A stretch of DNA of 64,000 nucleotides from Laetmonice hystrix (taxonomy: Eukaryota): positions 39,556,001 through 39,620,000 of the forward strand of contig OZ249438.1 in the NCBI GenBank assembly GCA_965235115.1. Direction: 5' to 3'. The notes below the pieces were generated by a model that saw nothing but the letters and a program-made list of their open reading frames with translations, was not told where the DNA came from and ran no database searches. The translations under genes were made by a program, and so were the position numbers. Below, piece after piece: positions 37,301 to 49,300 of this stretch. The first letter of the stretch is position 1; the number at the start of each line of letters is the position of its first letter.

Positions 37301-40300
37301 GTTTGCAGTAGAAATCAAATCTCCGTTTCATTGATTGCGATCTGTATGGATCAGTTGCTCTAAGTTCACGTTAGCTTATACTTAAGTTCATGTCTGTAGC
37401 ACGTTCAGTCTGCTACAATGCTCGAGTTTTGCCTGGTTAGACATTGTTACCTTGTACATTGAGACACGCTGCATGAAGTGTTTAAACTGATGATGGGGTT
37501 GGTTGGTGGTTCCAGCGCTGCCCCAGGCAAGCCAAGCCGCAGGTGTGTAACGCATTGATTCCCTCATTCGTTGTCTCTAGTTGATGAATTGACCACATAC
37601 CAGCCAAGTGTGTGGGAATGATCTCAGTTCACATTAACTGGTACTTATACTGACCCTTTGTAAGCATACAAGTGGTTCTAGATTTCATTTTATTAGTTAC
37701 TTATATATTAATTTAACTTTGGATTTTTATCACTGTTTGTATATGATAGCATTAAACAGAAACATTGGTGGTGGCTACGTTATTTTGTTTATGTTCTTAT
37801 TTTTGTAATTATATTTTGTGTGAGTTTTATGGAAAAGCATTTCCTGGTTCATTAAAACTAGAATTGTCGTAGGTGTTTTTTGTTAAATAACTGTGTATTG
37901 TACAACGTGGTATCACGGGTCCTCAGTGAAAGGTACGGATTGTGAGTCATTCATGTCCTGAGTGAAAGGTACGGATTGTGAGTCATGCATGTCCTCAGTG
38001 AAAGGTACGGATTGTGAGTCATTCATGTCCTCAGTGAAAGGTACGGATTGTGAGTCATTCATGTCCTTAGTGAAAGGTGCGGATTGTGAGTCATTCATGT
38101 CCTCAGTGAAAGGTACGGATTGTGAGTCATTCATGTCCTCAGTGAAAGGTGCGGATTGTGAGTCATCATGTCCTCAGTGAAAGGTACGAATTGTGAGTCA
38201 TTCATGAATCTTATTTTGAAAATCCAGCCTTTTTTCTGTTCAAGTTTAATATTTTAAAAACCCCTACCTTTGGTATGTTTAGGCCTAGTTTTGTTTGGTT
38301 GAGGCCACCAATAAACCAGTTTTGCCTGAGAGAATTTCCCTTTTCCATATACTACTTAGTATTATGAGCCAGTCCAATGAATCGCCTGATTAAAATACAC
38401 CTTTCCGTATACTACTTGGAGTCTGAGAGGCGGTGCAATGGCTGGCAATGGCCTGATTAAAATCCCCTATTTCCTATACTACTCACCGAATGGTGACGGG
38501 GCGGTCTACCCTCAAGGGGCTCACCAAATGGTGACAGGGCGGTCTACCCTCAAGGGGTTCACCGAATGGTGACAGGGCGGTCTACCCTCAAGGGGTTAGA
38601 CTACTCACCGAATGGTGACAGGGCGGTCTACCCTCAAGGGTTAGACTACTCACCGAATGGTGACAGGGCGGTCTACCCGGGGTTAGACTACTCACCGAAT
38701 GGTGACAGGGCGGTCTACCCGGGGTTAGACTACTCACCGAATGGTGACAGGGCGGTCTACCCGGGGTTAGACTACTCACCGAATGGTGACAGGGCGGTCT
38801 ACCCGGGGTTAGACTACTCACCGAATGGTGACAGGGCGGTCTACCCGGGGTTAGACTACTCACCGAATGGTGACAGGGCGGTCTACCCGGGGTTAGACTA
38901 CTCACCGAATGGTGACAGGGCGGTCTACCCTCAAGGGGTTCACCGAATGGTGACAGGGCGGTCTACCCTCAAGGGGTTAGACTACTCACCGAATGGTGAC
39001 AGGGCGGTCTACCCTCAAGGGTTAGACTACTCACCGAATGGTGACAGGGCGGTCTACCCGGGGTTAGACTACTCACCGAATGGTGACAGGGCGGTCTACC
39101 CTCAAGGGGTTCACCGAATGGTGACAGGGCGGTCTACCCTCAAGGGGTTAGACTACTCACCGAATGGTGACAGGGTGGTCTACCCTCAAGGGGTTAGACT
39201 ACTCACCGAATGGTGACAGGGCGGTCTACCCTCAAGGGGTTAGACTACTCACCGAATGGTGACAGGGCGGTCTACCCGGGGTTAGACTACTCACCGAATG
39301 GTGACAGGGCGGTCTACCCTCAAGGGGTTAGACTCACCGAATGGTGACAGGGCGGTCTACCCGGGGTTAGACTACTCACCGAATGGTGACAGGGCGGTCT
39401 ACCCTCAAGGGGTTAGACTACTCACCGAATGGTGACAGGGCGGTCTACCCTCAAGGGGTTAGACTCACCGAATGGTGACAGGGCGGTCTACCCTCAAGGG
39501 GTTAGACTACTCACCGAATGGTGACAGGGCGGTCTACCCTCAAGGGGTTAGACTACTCACCGAATGGTGACAGGGCGGTCGACCCTCAAGGGGTTAGACT
39601 ACTCACCGAATGGTGACAGGGCGGTCTACCCGGGGTTAGACTACTCACCGAATGGTGACAGGGCGGTCGACCCGGGGTTAGACTACTCACCGAATGGTGA
39701 CAGGGCGGTCTACCCTCAAGGGGTTAGACTACTCACCGAATGGTGACAGGGCGGTCTACCCTCAAGGGGTTAGACTACTCACCAAATGGTGACAGGGCGG
39801 TCTACCCTCAAGGGGTTAGACTACTCACCGAATGGTGACAGGGTGGTCTACCCTCAAGGGGTTAGACTACTCACCGAATGGTGACAGGGTGGTCTACCCT
39901 CAAGGGGTTAGACTACTCACCGAATGGTGACAGGGCGGTCTACCCTCAAGGGGTTAGACTACTCACCGAATGGTGACAGGGCGGTCTACCCGGGGTTAGA
40001 CTACTCACCGAATGGTGACAGGGCGGTCTACCCGGGGTTAGACTACTCACCGAATGGTGACAGGGCGGTCTACCCGGGGTTAGACTACTCACCGAATGGT
40101 GACAGGGCGGTCTACCCTCAAGGGGTTAGACTACTCACCGAATGGTGACAGGGCGGTCTACCCTCAAGGGGTTAGACTACTCACCGAATGGTGACAGGGC
40201 GGTCTACCCTCAAGGGGTTAGACTACTCACCGAATGGTGACAGGGTGGTCTACCCTCAAGGGGTTAGACTACTCACCGAATGGTGACAGGGCGGTCTACC

Positions 40301-43300
40301 CTCAAGGGGTTAGACTACTCACCGAATGGTGACAGGGCGGTCTATCCGGGGTTAGACTACTCACCGAATGGTGACAGGGCGGTCTACCCTCAAGGGGTTA
40401 GACTACTCACCGAATGGTGACAGGGCGGTCTACCCTCAAGGGGTTAGACTACTCACCGAATGGTGACAGGGCGGTCTACCCTCAAGGGGTTAGACTACTC
40501 ACCGAATGGTGACAGGGCGGTCTACCCTCAAGGGGTTAGACTACTCACCGAATGGTGACAGGGCGGTCTACCCTCAAGGGGTTAGACTACTCACCGAATG
40601 GTGACAGGGCGGTCTATCCGGGGTTAGACTACTCACCGAATGGTGACAGGGCGGTCTACCCTCAAGGGGTTAGACTACTCACTGAATGGTGACAGGGCGG
40701 TCGACCCTCAAGGGGTTAGACTACTCACCGAATGGTGACAGGGCGGTCTACCCTCAAGGGGTTAGACTACTCACCGAATGGTGACAGGGCGGTCTATCCG
40801 GGGTTAGACTACTCACCGAATGGTGACAGGGCGGTCGACCCTCAAGGGGTTAGACTACTCACTGAATGGTGACAGGGCGGTCGACCCTCAAGGGGTTAGA
40901 CTACACTCACTGAATGGTGACAGGGCGGTCTACCCTCAAGGGGTTAGACTACTCACCGAATGGTGACAGGGCGGTCTACCCTCAAGGGGTTAGACTACAC
41001 TCACTGAATGGTGACAGGGCGGTCTACCCTCAAGGGGTTAGACTACACTCACTGAATGGTGACAGGGCGGTCTACCCTCAAGGGGTTAGACTACTCACCG
41101 AATGGTGACAGGGCGGTCTACCCTCAAGGGGTTAGACTACTCACCGAATGGTGACAGGGCGGTCTACCCTCAAGGGGTTAGACTACTCACCGAATGGTGA
41201 CAGGGCGGTCTACCCTCAAGGGGTTAGACTACTCACCGAATGGTGACAGGGCGGTCTACCCTCAAGGGGTTAGCTGTTGTGGACACATATAGTCGACTTT
41301 TACTTACCCAGTGTTGTGTGTGAATTACGTCTTATATGAAGATAAATTAGTGTTGTATTTGTTTCTCAGTTTGGGGTGAAAATAACATTTTGAGACGTTT
41401 TTATTTGGTAGACTATTTTATATTTCCAAAAGATTGAGAATTCCTGCAAAAGAGAAATCGGCTATCGTAGATTCTTTCAAAATTATCATTTATTATAATA
41501 TCGTTGGATGTGTAACGAAATGCTGTATTTCCATGTGTTATACTATTTGATGTACAGCATAGAAATATATTGTTATAGGAATGATATTCGTCGGCCAAAT
41601 CTAGGCGGTTGTGGGCCTTTGTCCGCGCCCCTCTGTGGTTACTGAGAGTTAGTTGTCATTACTGAGAGTTACTTGTCATTAAACCAAGTTTTAGTTTACT
41701 TTGCAGGAAGACAGACCATGACGCCGGGCCACACTGTGTTGTCGGAATGCCTTCTGTTGTTTTGATATTTGACCTGCGTTCTAAACCGTCACATTTCTGA
41801 GGACCACTTCACCATTGATTGGTTTTAGCCGTAGGATTTTGAGCTGTTTCTTTGCTGACCATGAGAGTTTGATTGTTAGGTTCAGTTCCACCGATGTCAC
41901 GAATGCAGTCTTCAGTCTCCACGGCTGTGGCAGAAAACGGACTGATTGCTGCTAAATCACGACTGAACGGTTTGTAGTCAATGCACACCGGTCCGTCCAC
42001 CGCTAGAGCTCGACTTGCGCGTTTGTCTTGAGATGATTTCTGTGTGTGCATCCAGCTTGGCTCACCGTTATCATATTTAACATCTGTTAGTTTCTCGCCG
42101 CCCTCTGTTTGTACAAATAGATCCGTTCGTTAGGTTATCTTCTGTTGTTGGCTGTGCTATTGTTCAAACTGATTTCTATGTAACGTGCATGTTGATTTAT
42201 GTGAGTGCAAGGCTAACAAAATTAATAAACCCCTTCAAATAATTCGTTTCGATATAATCAGAAAACTGACATTTAGATGTTGATTAGGACGACATTCAAC
42301 CCACCACGGTTCAACTAGGAATTGGCTAAAAGCCATATTAATAATTTCAAACCAGAGGTTAACAGTAATTAAATAGCAACTCCTAGATTTGAAATGCCCC
42401 CCCCCCCAATATAAATGACAGTATTGGAAGTGCCCAGTATAGACCTGTCAATCAACAACCTACCCCCCCCCCCACCCCACCCACAATATAAATGACAGTA
42501 TTGGCAGTGCCCAGTATAGACCTGTCAACCAACAATCTAACCCCCCCCCCCCCCAATATAAATGACAGTATTGGCAGTGCCCAGTATCGACCTGTCAATC
42601 AACAACCTACCCCCCCCCCCCCCCCTATAAATGACAGTATTGGCAGTGCCCAGTATAGACCTGTCAATCAACACCCTCCTCTCCCCCCATATAAATGACA
42701 GTACTGGCAGTGCCCAGTATAGACCTGTCAATCAACAACCTACCCCCCCCCCCCTATAAATGACAGTATTGGCAGTGCCCAGTATAGACCTGTCAATCAA
42801 CAACCTACCCTCCCCCCTATAAATGACAGTACTGGCAGTGCCCAGTATAGACCTGTCAATCAACAATCTACCAATATCTGCATGACCTCAGTCATAGCCT
42901 TGTTCTCTTCCAAATGAGATGATGTTTTCTGATGTAACATTATAATCACAGCTACCATAGTACCCGTATATTTGTTCGCTGTTTTAATTGTTTAGAGGTG
43001 CCACCTTAAGTTAGACCGTTGATTTGAAATCTTTAAAAATCTATAAATATATTTCGTGGTCAATGACCCAAGACTGAAGGCAGACCCTGTTAGTATTAAT
43101 TTATATGATTTCTGACGTCGACATATAATGAGACACGTAGGAAGAATGGATATTCTGTGTGCCCTGATGACTCTCCGCGTTGACACCAGGGCCCGGTTGT
43201 TTGGTTGAGCTTGAGTCAAGTTTGAGACGAAAACCTCGTCTCAAGCTCACGGCTCTGAGTCGACTTATAGGGCCGTGAGCTTGAGACGAAGTTTGCGTCT

Positions 43301-46300
43301 CAAACTTGACTCAAGCTCAACCAAACAAGCCGGGCCCTGGTGTGAGGCCAGTAGCGTCACTAACAAAGCGTGCTGTCTGTTTTTTGTAGGAGACGGTTGT
43401 ATATACGTGTGATTACTAGTGATGTGTTCGTTATATGAACGTGTTGGACAGTGTACCGAGGATCCAACACCACCACAATTAGTGTCCACTCCATCTTTGT
43501 CACTCTGACTTCCAACTTCCTTCCAAGCCTCCCTCTCACCCCCGCCCCGCCTCGAACGTAAAGAAAGTGTTTCCACGTAACTTCCTTCCAACCCTCCCTC
43601 TCACCCCCGCCCCGTCTCTAACGTCAAGAAAGTGTTTCCACGTAACTTCCTTCCAAGCCTCCCTCTCACCCCCGCCCCGCCTCGAACGTAAAGAAAGTGT
43701 TTCCACATAACTTCCTTCCAAGCCTCCCTCTCACCCCCGCCCCGTCTCTAACGTAAAGAAAGTGTTTCCACGTAACTTCCGTCCAAGCCTCCCTCTCACC
43801 CCCGCCCCGCCTCGAACGTAAAGAAAGTGTTTCCACGTAACTTCCTTCCAAGCCTCCCTCTCACCCCCGCCCCGTCTCTAACGTCAAGAAAGTGTTTCCA
43901 CGTAACTTCCTTCCAAGCCTCCCTCTCACCCCCGCCCCGTCTCTAACGTCAAGAAAGTGTTTCCACGTAACTTCCTTCCAAGCCTCCCTCTCACCCCCGC
44001 CCCGCCTCTGACGTAAAGAAAGTGTTTCCACGTAACTTCCTTCCAAGCCTCCCTCTCACCCCCGCCCCGCCTCTGACGTAAAGAAAGTGTTTCCACGTAA
44101 CTTCCTTCCAAGCCTCCCTCTCACCCCCGCCCTGCCTCTGACGTAAAGAAAGTGTTTCCACGTAACTTCCTTCCAAGCCTCCCTCTCACCCCCGCCCCGC
44201 CTCTAACGTAAAGAAAGTGTTTCCACGTAACTTCCTTCCAAGCCTCCCTCTCACCCCCGCCCCGTCTCTAACGTAAAGAAAGTGTTTCCACGTAACTTCC
44301 TTCCAAGCCTCCCTCTCACCCCCGCCCCGTCTCTAACGTAAAGAAAGTGTTTCCACATAACTTCCTTCCAAGCCTCCCTCTCACCCCCGCCCCGCCTCGA
44401 ACGTAAAGAAAGTGTTTCCACGTAACTTCCTTCCAAGCCTCCCTCTCACCCCCGCCCCGCCTCGAACGTAAAGAAAGTGTTTCCACGTAACTTCCTTCCA
44501 AGCCTCCCTCTCACCCCCGCCCCGCCTCGAACGTAAAGAAAGTGTTTCCACGTAACTTCCTTCCAAGCCTCCCTCTCACCCCCGCCCCGTCTCTAACGTC
44601 AAGAAAGTGTTTCCACGTAACTTCCTTCCAAGCCTCCCTCTCAACCCCCGCCCCGTCTCTAACGTAAAGACAGTGTTTCCACGTAACTTCCTTCCAAGCC
44701 TCCCTCTCACCCCCGCCCCGCCTCTGACGTCAAGAAAGTGTTTCCACGTAACTTCCTTCCAAGCCTCCCTCTCACCCCCGCCCCGCCTCGAACGTAAAGA
44801 AAGTGTTTCCACGTAACTTCCTTCCAAGCCTCCCTCTCACCCCCGCCCCGCCTCTGACGTCAAGAAAGTGTTTCCACGTAACTTCCTTCCAAGCCTCCCT
44901 CTCACCCCCGCCCCGCCTCGAACGTGAAGAAAGTGTTTCCACGTAACTTCCTTCCAAGCCTCCCTCTCACCCCCGCCCCGCCTCGAACGTCAAGAAAGTG
45001 TTTCCACGTAACTTCCTTCCAAGCCTCCCTCTCAACCCCCGCCCCGCCTCTGACGTAAAGAAAGTGTTTCCACGTAACTTCCTTCCAAGCCTCCCTCTCA
45101 CCCCCGCCCCGCCTCGAACGTAAAGAAAGTGTTTCCACGTAACTTCCTTCCAAGCCTCCCTCTCAACCCCCGCCCCGCCTCTGACGTAAAGAAAGTGTTT
45201 CCACGTAACTTCCTTCCAAGCCTCCCTCTCAACCCCCGCCCCGCCTCTGACGTAAAGAAAGTGTTTCCACGTAACTTCCTTCCAAGCCTCCCTCTCACCC
45301 CCGCCCCGCCTCTGACGTAAAGACAGTGTTTCCACGTAACTTCCTTCCAAGCCTCCCTCTCACCCCCGCCCCGCCTCTAACGTAAAGAAAGTGTTTCCAC
45401 GTACTGCGTGATTGGATGACTATCGGAGGTGGAGTTTGGCACTGTTTGTAGTGTTGTAGACGTTAAGATGTGGTGCCACTGACAGGCAGACAGTGGGTGG
45501 CCCTAACCACGATGTTGTGAGGCTAGTTGGCGAGTACTCAATGTGTGTGGTTGCATGTGTGTCCCACCGTACAGGGCCAGCAGTCACCACTTCACCCAAA
45601 AGCACCAGTCTACCTGGCAGTCCCCTGCATGCAATCAACACAGAAAATGGAGCCATCAAACAACAGAAAATTGATGTGGCCCAGACAACACGGCTTAAAG
45701 GTATGTCCTGTTTAAGAAATGCAGGATAAATCTAAAACGCATCGAAAGGGAAAAAAACATTTGATATAAAATCATCTTTATTACTTAGTTAGCTGATTTG
45801 GTCCACATTTTGTATTATTTATCTCTCAATAACTGTAAAACGAGTACAAATTGACATTGTGGTGCAGTTCCCCCCCTTATTTTTTTTTATCCACCAATGC
45901 ATGGCGTTATTTAATTATTTTGACCTGTTATTTTGCTCCTTTTAGAGAAATTATTCAATTTTAAAAATCTAAAGAGAAAGAAAATGAGCCTACTTTGCCA
46001 TGACAGCTGTAAGATTGAGTTGAGAGGTTGCTAGACCTGTGGTCGGAGTTGACCAGGGCACTGTGGGGACACCTGGTGAGGGAGAGGGTGGTAAGTACTT
46101 GATATACAGAGCCCTCTGGTGGTAGAATCATGTACTCAGACAAAGTTTACTTGTCTTGTGGTTATTCTGCACGTCAAATCTAGCTTCTAACCTGATGTTT
46201 GGAATTTGTTGTATTCTGGCACAGTATAACATTGTCTGTCTTACTATATGTTCATTGGTGGTGTGATGTACAGTTTTAATCTGACTGAAAGATATAAACA

Positions 46301-49300
46301 TTGTACACATTTTGTAAAGAGAACATTCCGGTATGTTGTTGTCAAACGAGGATGATGATTTACGCATTTAATATTTATTACTTATCCATGAATTTTGTAT
46401 TCAGAGGTCAGTGAAGTTAAGGATAATCTCTTTCATGCTGTTTTTTGCGGATAACTTAATCGGGGATAGCTAATAGTATTTGTTGTTTTTTCCTTTATTC
46501 TCTGTTAGACTACAAAGTTTGAGAAGATAACTGAGGCGTGGTTGGTGGCGGTGTTTGTAGTCCAGATGTTTTATACCTGTTTCTCTGTGAAAACAGACCC
46601 GGAAGTTCTCGAGGCCGCCTCTATCGAACAACTCAAGGACATGAAGCAACACGTCAAACTGGCACAGAAGTTGGAGAAAGAGATCGAGACAATGAGAAAG
46701 AAACAAGAAAAGGTGAGCGTCCTCATGGCTGGGATCAATCTAACTCTACCAACCATACGTCCAGCCCTGGCTAGGGAAACGTCGGGCATGGCGTTGTTAT
46801 TGACAAGACGGGAGAAGGTAGCTGAAGTACTGGTAGTAAACATCAAGACAGCTGTAACTGAAGAAAGAATATGTTTGGCCATCTTTGGGCCCTTCCCATT
46901 GAATATGTTTGACCATCTTTGGGCTCTTCTAAATCAATATGTTTGGCCATCTCTGGGCCCTTCCCATTGACCATCTTTGGGCCCTTCTAAATCAATATGT
47001 TTAACTATCTTTGGGCCCGTCCCATTCAATATGTTTGGCCATCTCTGGGCCCTTCTAAATCAATATGTTTGACCATCTTTGGGCCCTTCTAAATCAATAT
47101 GTTTGACCATCTTTGGGCCCTTCTAAATCAATATGTTTGGCCATCTTTGGGCCCTTCTAAATCAATATGTTTGACCATCTTTGGGCCCTTCTAAATCAAT
47201 ATGTCTGACCATCTTTGGGCCCTTCTAAATCAATATGTTTGGCCATCTCTGGGCCCTTCCCATTCAATATGTTTAACTATCTCTGGGCCCGAAATATTGG
47301 AGTGGGGAAGGCAGTGAGTCGAAGCTCCTGGGTTTCATAGAAACCTTTCTCCAAACAGTGTCATTAGGACCTCAAGTATATTTTAAATATATTTGTGAAG
47401 AAATGGTAATTGGAAAGGCTGGGTTATGTCGGGTGGTGTCAGTGGCGCCAGTTTTGTTGTACAACATGGAGTTAGCGTCCGTGGTATCAGCCTCATGTCG
47501 GGGCAGACCCAGAGAATACGTACACGTCTGTGATGTCATTTGATGGCAGTTTACCATTCAGCAGAATAAATGCTATCATTTTGTATGTTCTACTCTTAAA
47601 AGTACAGTAGTTCTAATGAACAGTGGATTTATCTGCTTTTGGAGGTTAAAGAGAGAATAGTATATGATAATATTTTGTAGCCAAGCAGCTATCCGCGCCT
47701 TCCGATTTTTTTGTATCCAGCTACTATTTTTGATATGATTTAAATTTCTTCCATTTATGTTAGTATTTTTCCTGTTAGTTGAGTGTTATCCTCGCATGAT
47801 GCCCCCAGGTGATCTTACCCTATGTGGACCCCCACCCCGACCCCCTGTCTCTCACACCTATCGCTCCCTCACCGGCAGCAGCCAGCCTCCAGCCCTGAGA
47901 TCGCTACATGTCGTATACAAACCTCCACCCGTTGATTGTTTACCTTACCGATAGTTTCCCTTGGCTGTGTGCCAGACAAACCTCTCATTCACTCATACAC
48001 TGTGCTGTGCTTGTGCTCCCAAGATCTCCCCAAGGCCCAGTGAGGCAGACGAGGCCGACGAGCCAATGCCTCAGTCGCGCCTTCGGGTGCAGGATTTTCT
48101 CTGTGGTTTCAGACCTCCAAGGAGAGTGAGTAGGCCAGGGTGGGCCACAGTCGGCCCCTTAGGCACTTTTCTTTTTGACCTTTGACCCTTTCTATGGTTG
48201 ACTATTTCATACATACTTACTTTTCGTTATTGAAGCTTTTTCCACCTTAAGTTGATTTGATGTGAAAAGTTTCGGTTTATTCTACATTTTCAAAGCCGAG
48301 TGAACACCACCCTCAATGCCCAGGATAGAAGATATTAATGACACGTCAATAAGTTGTTTTGGCCTTTTATTTTATGTTTTTTAACCGTCAAGAGACCAAC
48401 CAATTTTACGTACACTAATGACCGGGTGGGGTCATTAATTATATTTTATATAGGAATAGCCCTTTTCAATGGCGCCATTATGTATATCAAAATATTAACT
48501 GTTTCCGAAACCTGTGACATACCTACCCAAATATTCCAATGTCAATATTTGTGGTTTTGATTTGCTGAAACTGAACCTGCCCGAACGCTACCAACTGTAA
48601 TACATTGAGAAGTTACTATAATCATTTATGCCCTGACCACACCTACGTTGCGATACCTTTAAAACCTACAAAAATATTTAAATATTGACAAAGCCATCAT
48701 AGAATACCTTGTTCGGATTCCAAATGTTAAAACTGCACATATAAGTATACGTCTGGGATCGGAAATTACCTCACCCGGTCGCTTGAGGGTTAAACTTATG
48801 AAAACGTAAGACAATGCAGTAAAGAAATTTCTTCATTGTTCATGGATGAACAAACAGTAACTTTGAAACAGTAAACAGTAAACAGTAACAGTAAACAGTA
48901 AACTTTGTAAAGAACCATCGAAATGAGAACTGGGGACAAATCGTAAGCGATGTTTTTGACACAGTCATCCATTTTATTCAGGACACACCTTTTGTTACCA
49001 CATGTTATTTATAGCAATTGAAGATAATTAAGCTCTGTCGTGTCGTGTTTAAATCTGTATTTAGGCCTACTTAGGTAAAATGGCAGGATTGCGTTAGTTA
49101 AGACAGCGGATTTGTCTCCTCATTTCTTGAAACAATGGGTAATTGTGAAATGTGATATGTATGGGATGGCGTTTACCAAGGAGAATGGGTTGTAAAAGGA
49201 ATCCACATGGGCTGAGACCTGGGTATTGATGGTGGTGGTGGAGGTCCGTGTTGACCCGTTTTTATCCGGAGTGTGAGTTCATGAACACAAGACGATAGTT

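Noticed and set aside
41707-41765. Strong acceptor (ttttagtttactttgcag) giving [19 protein letters not shown]-stop as an alternative last exon
   Set aside because: No good donor and no clear poly(A) signal nearby; strong cryptic acceptors are common in T-rich introns. Revisit only if 3'-end reads appear.
33325-45350. Repetitive ORFs in the 39-, ~33-, 62-, 36-, 42/46- and 65-bp arrays
   Set aside because: All are explained by tandem repeats inside PLCb introns.
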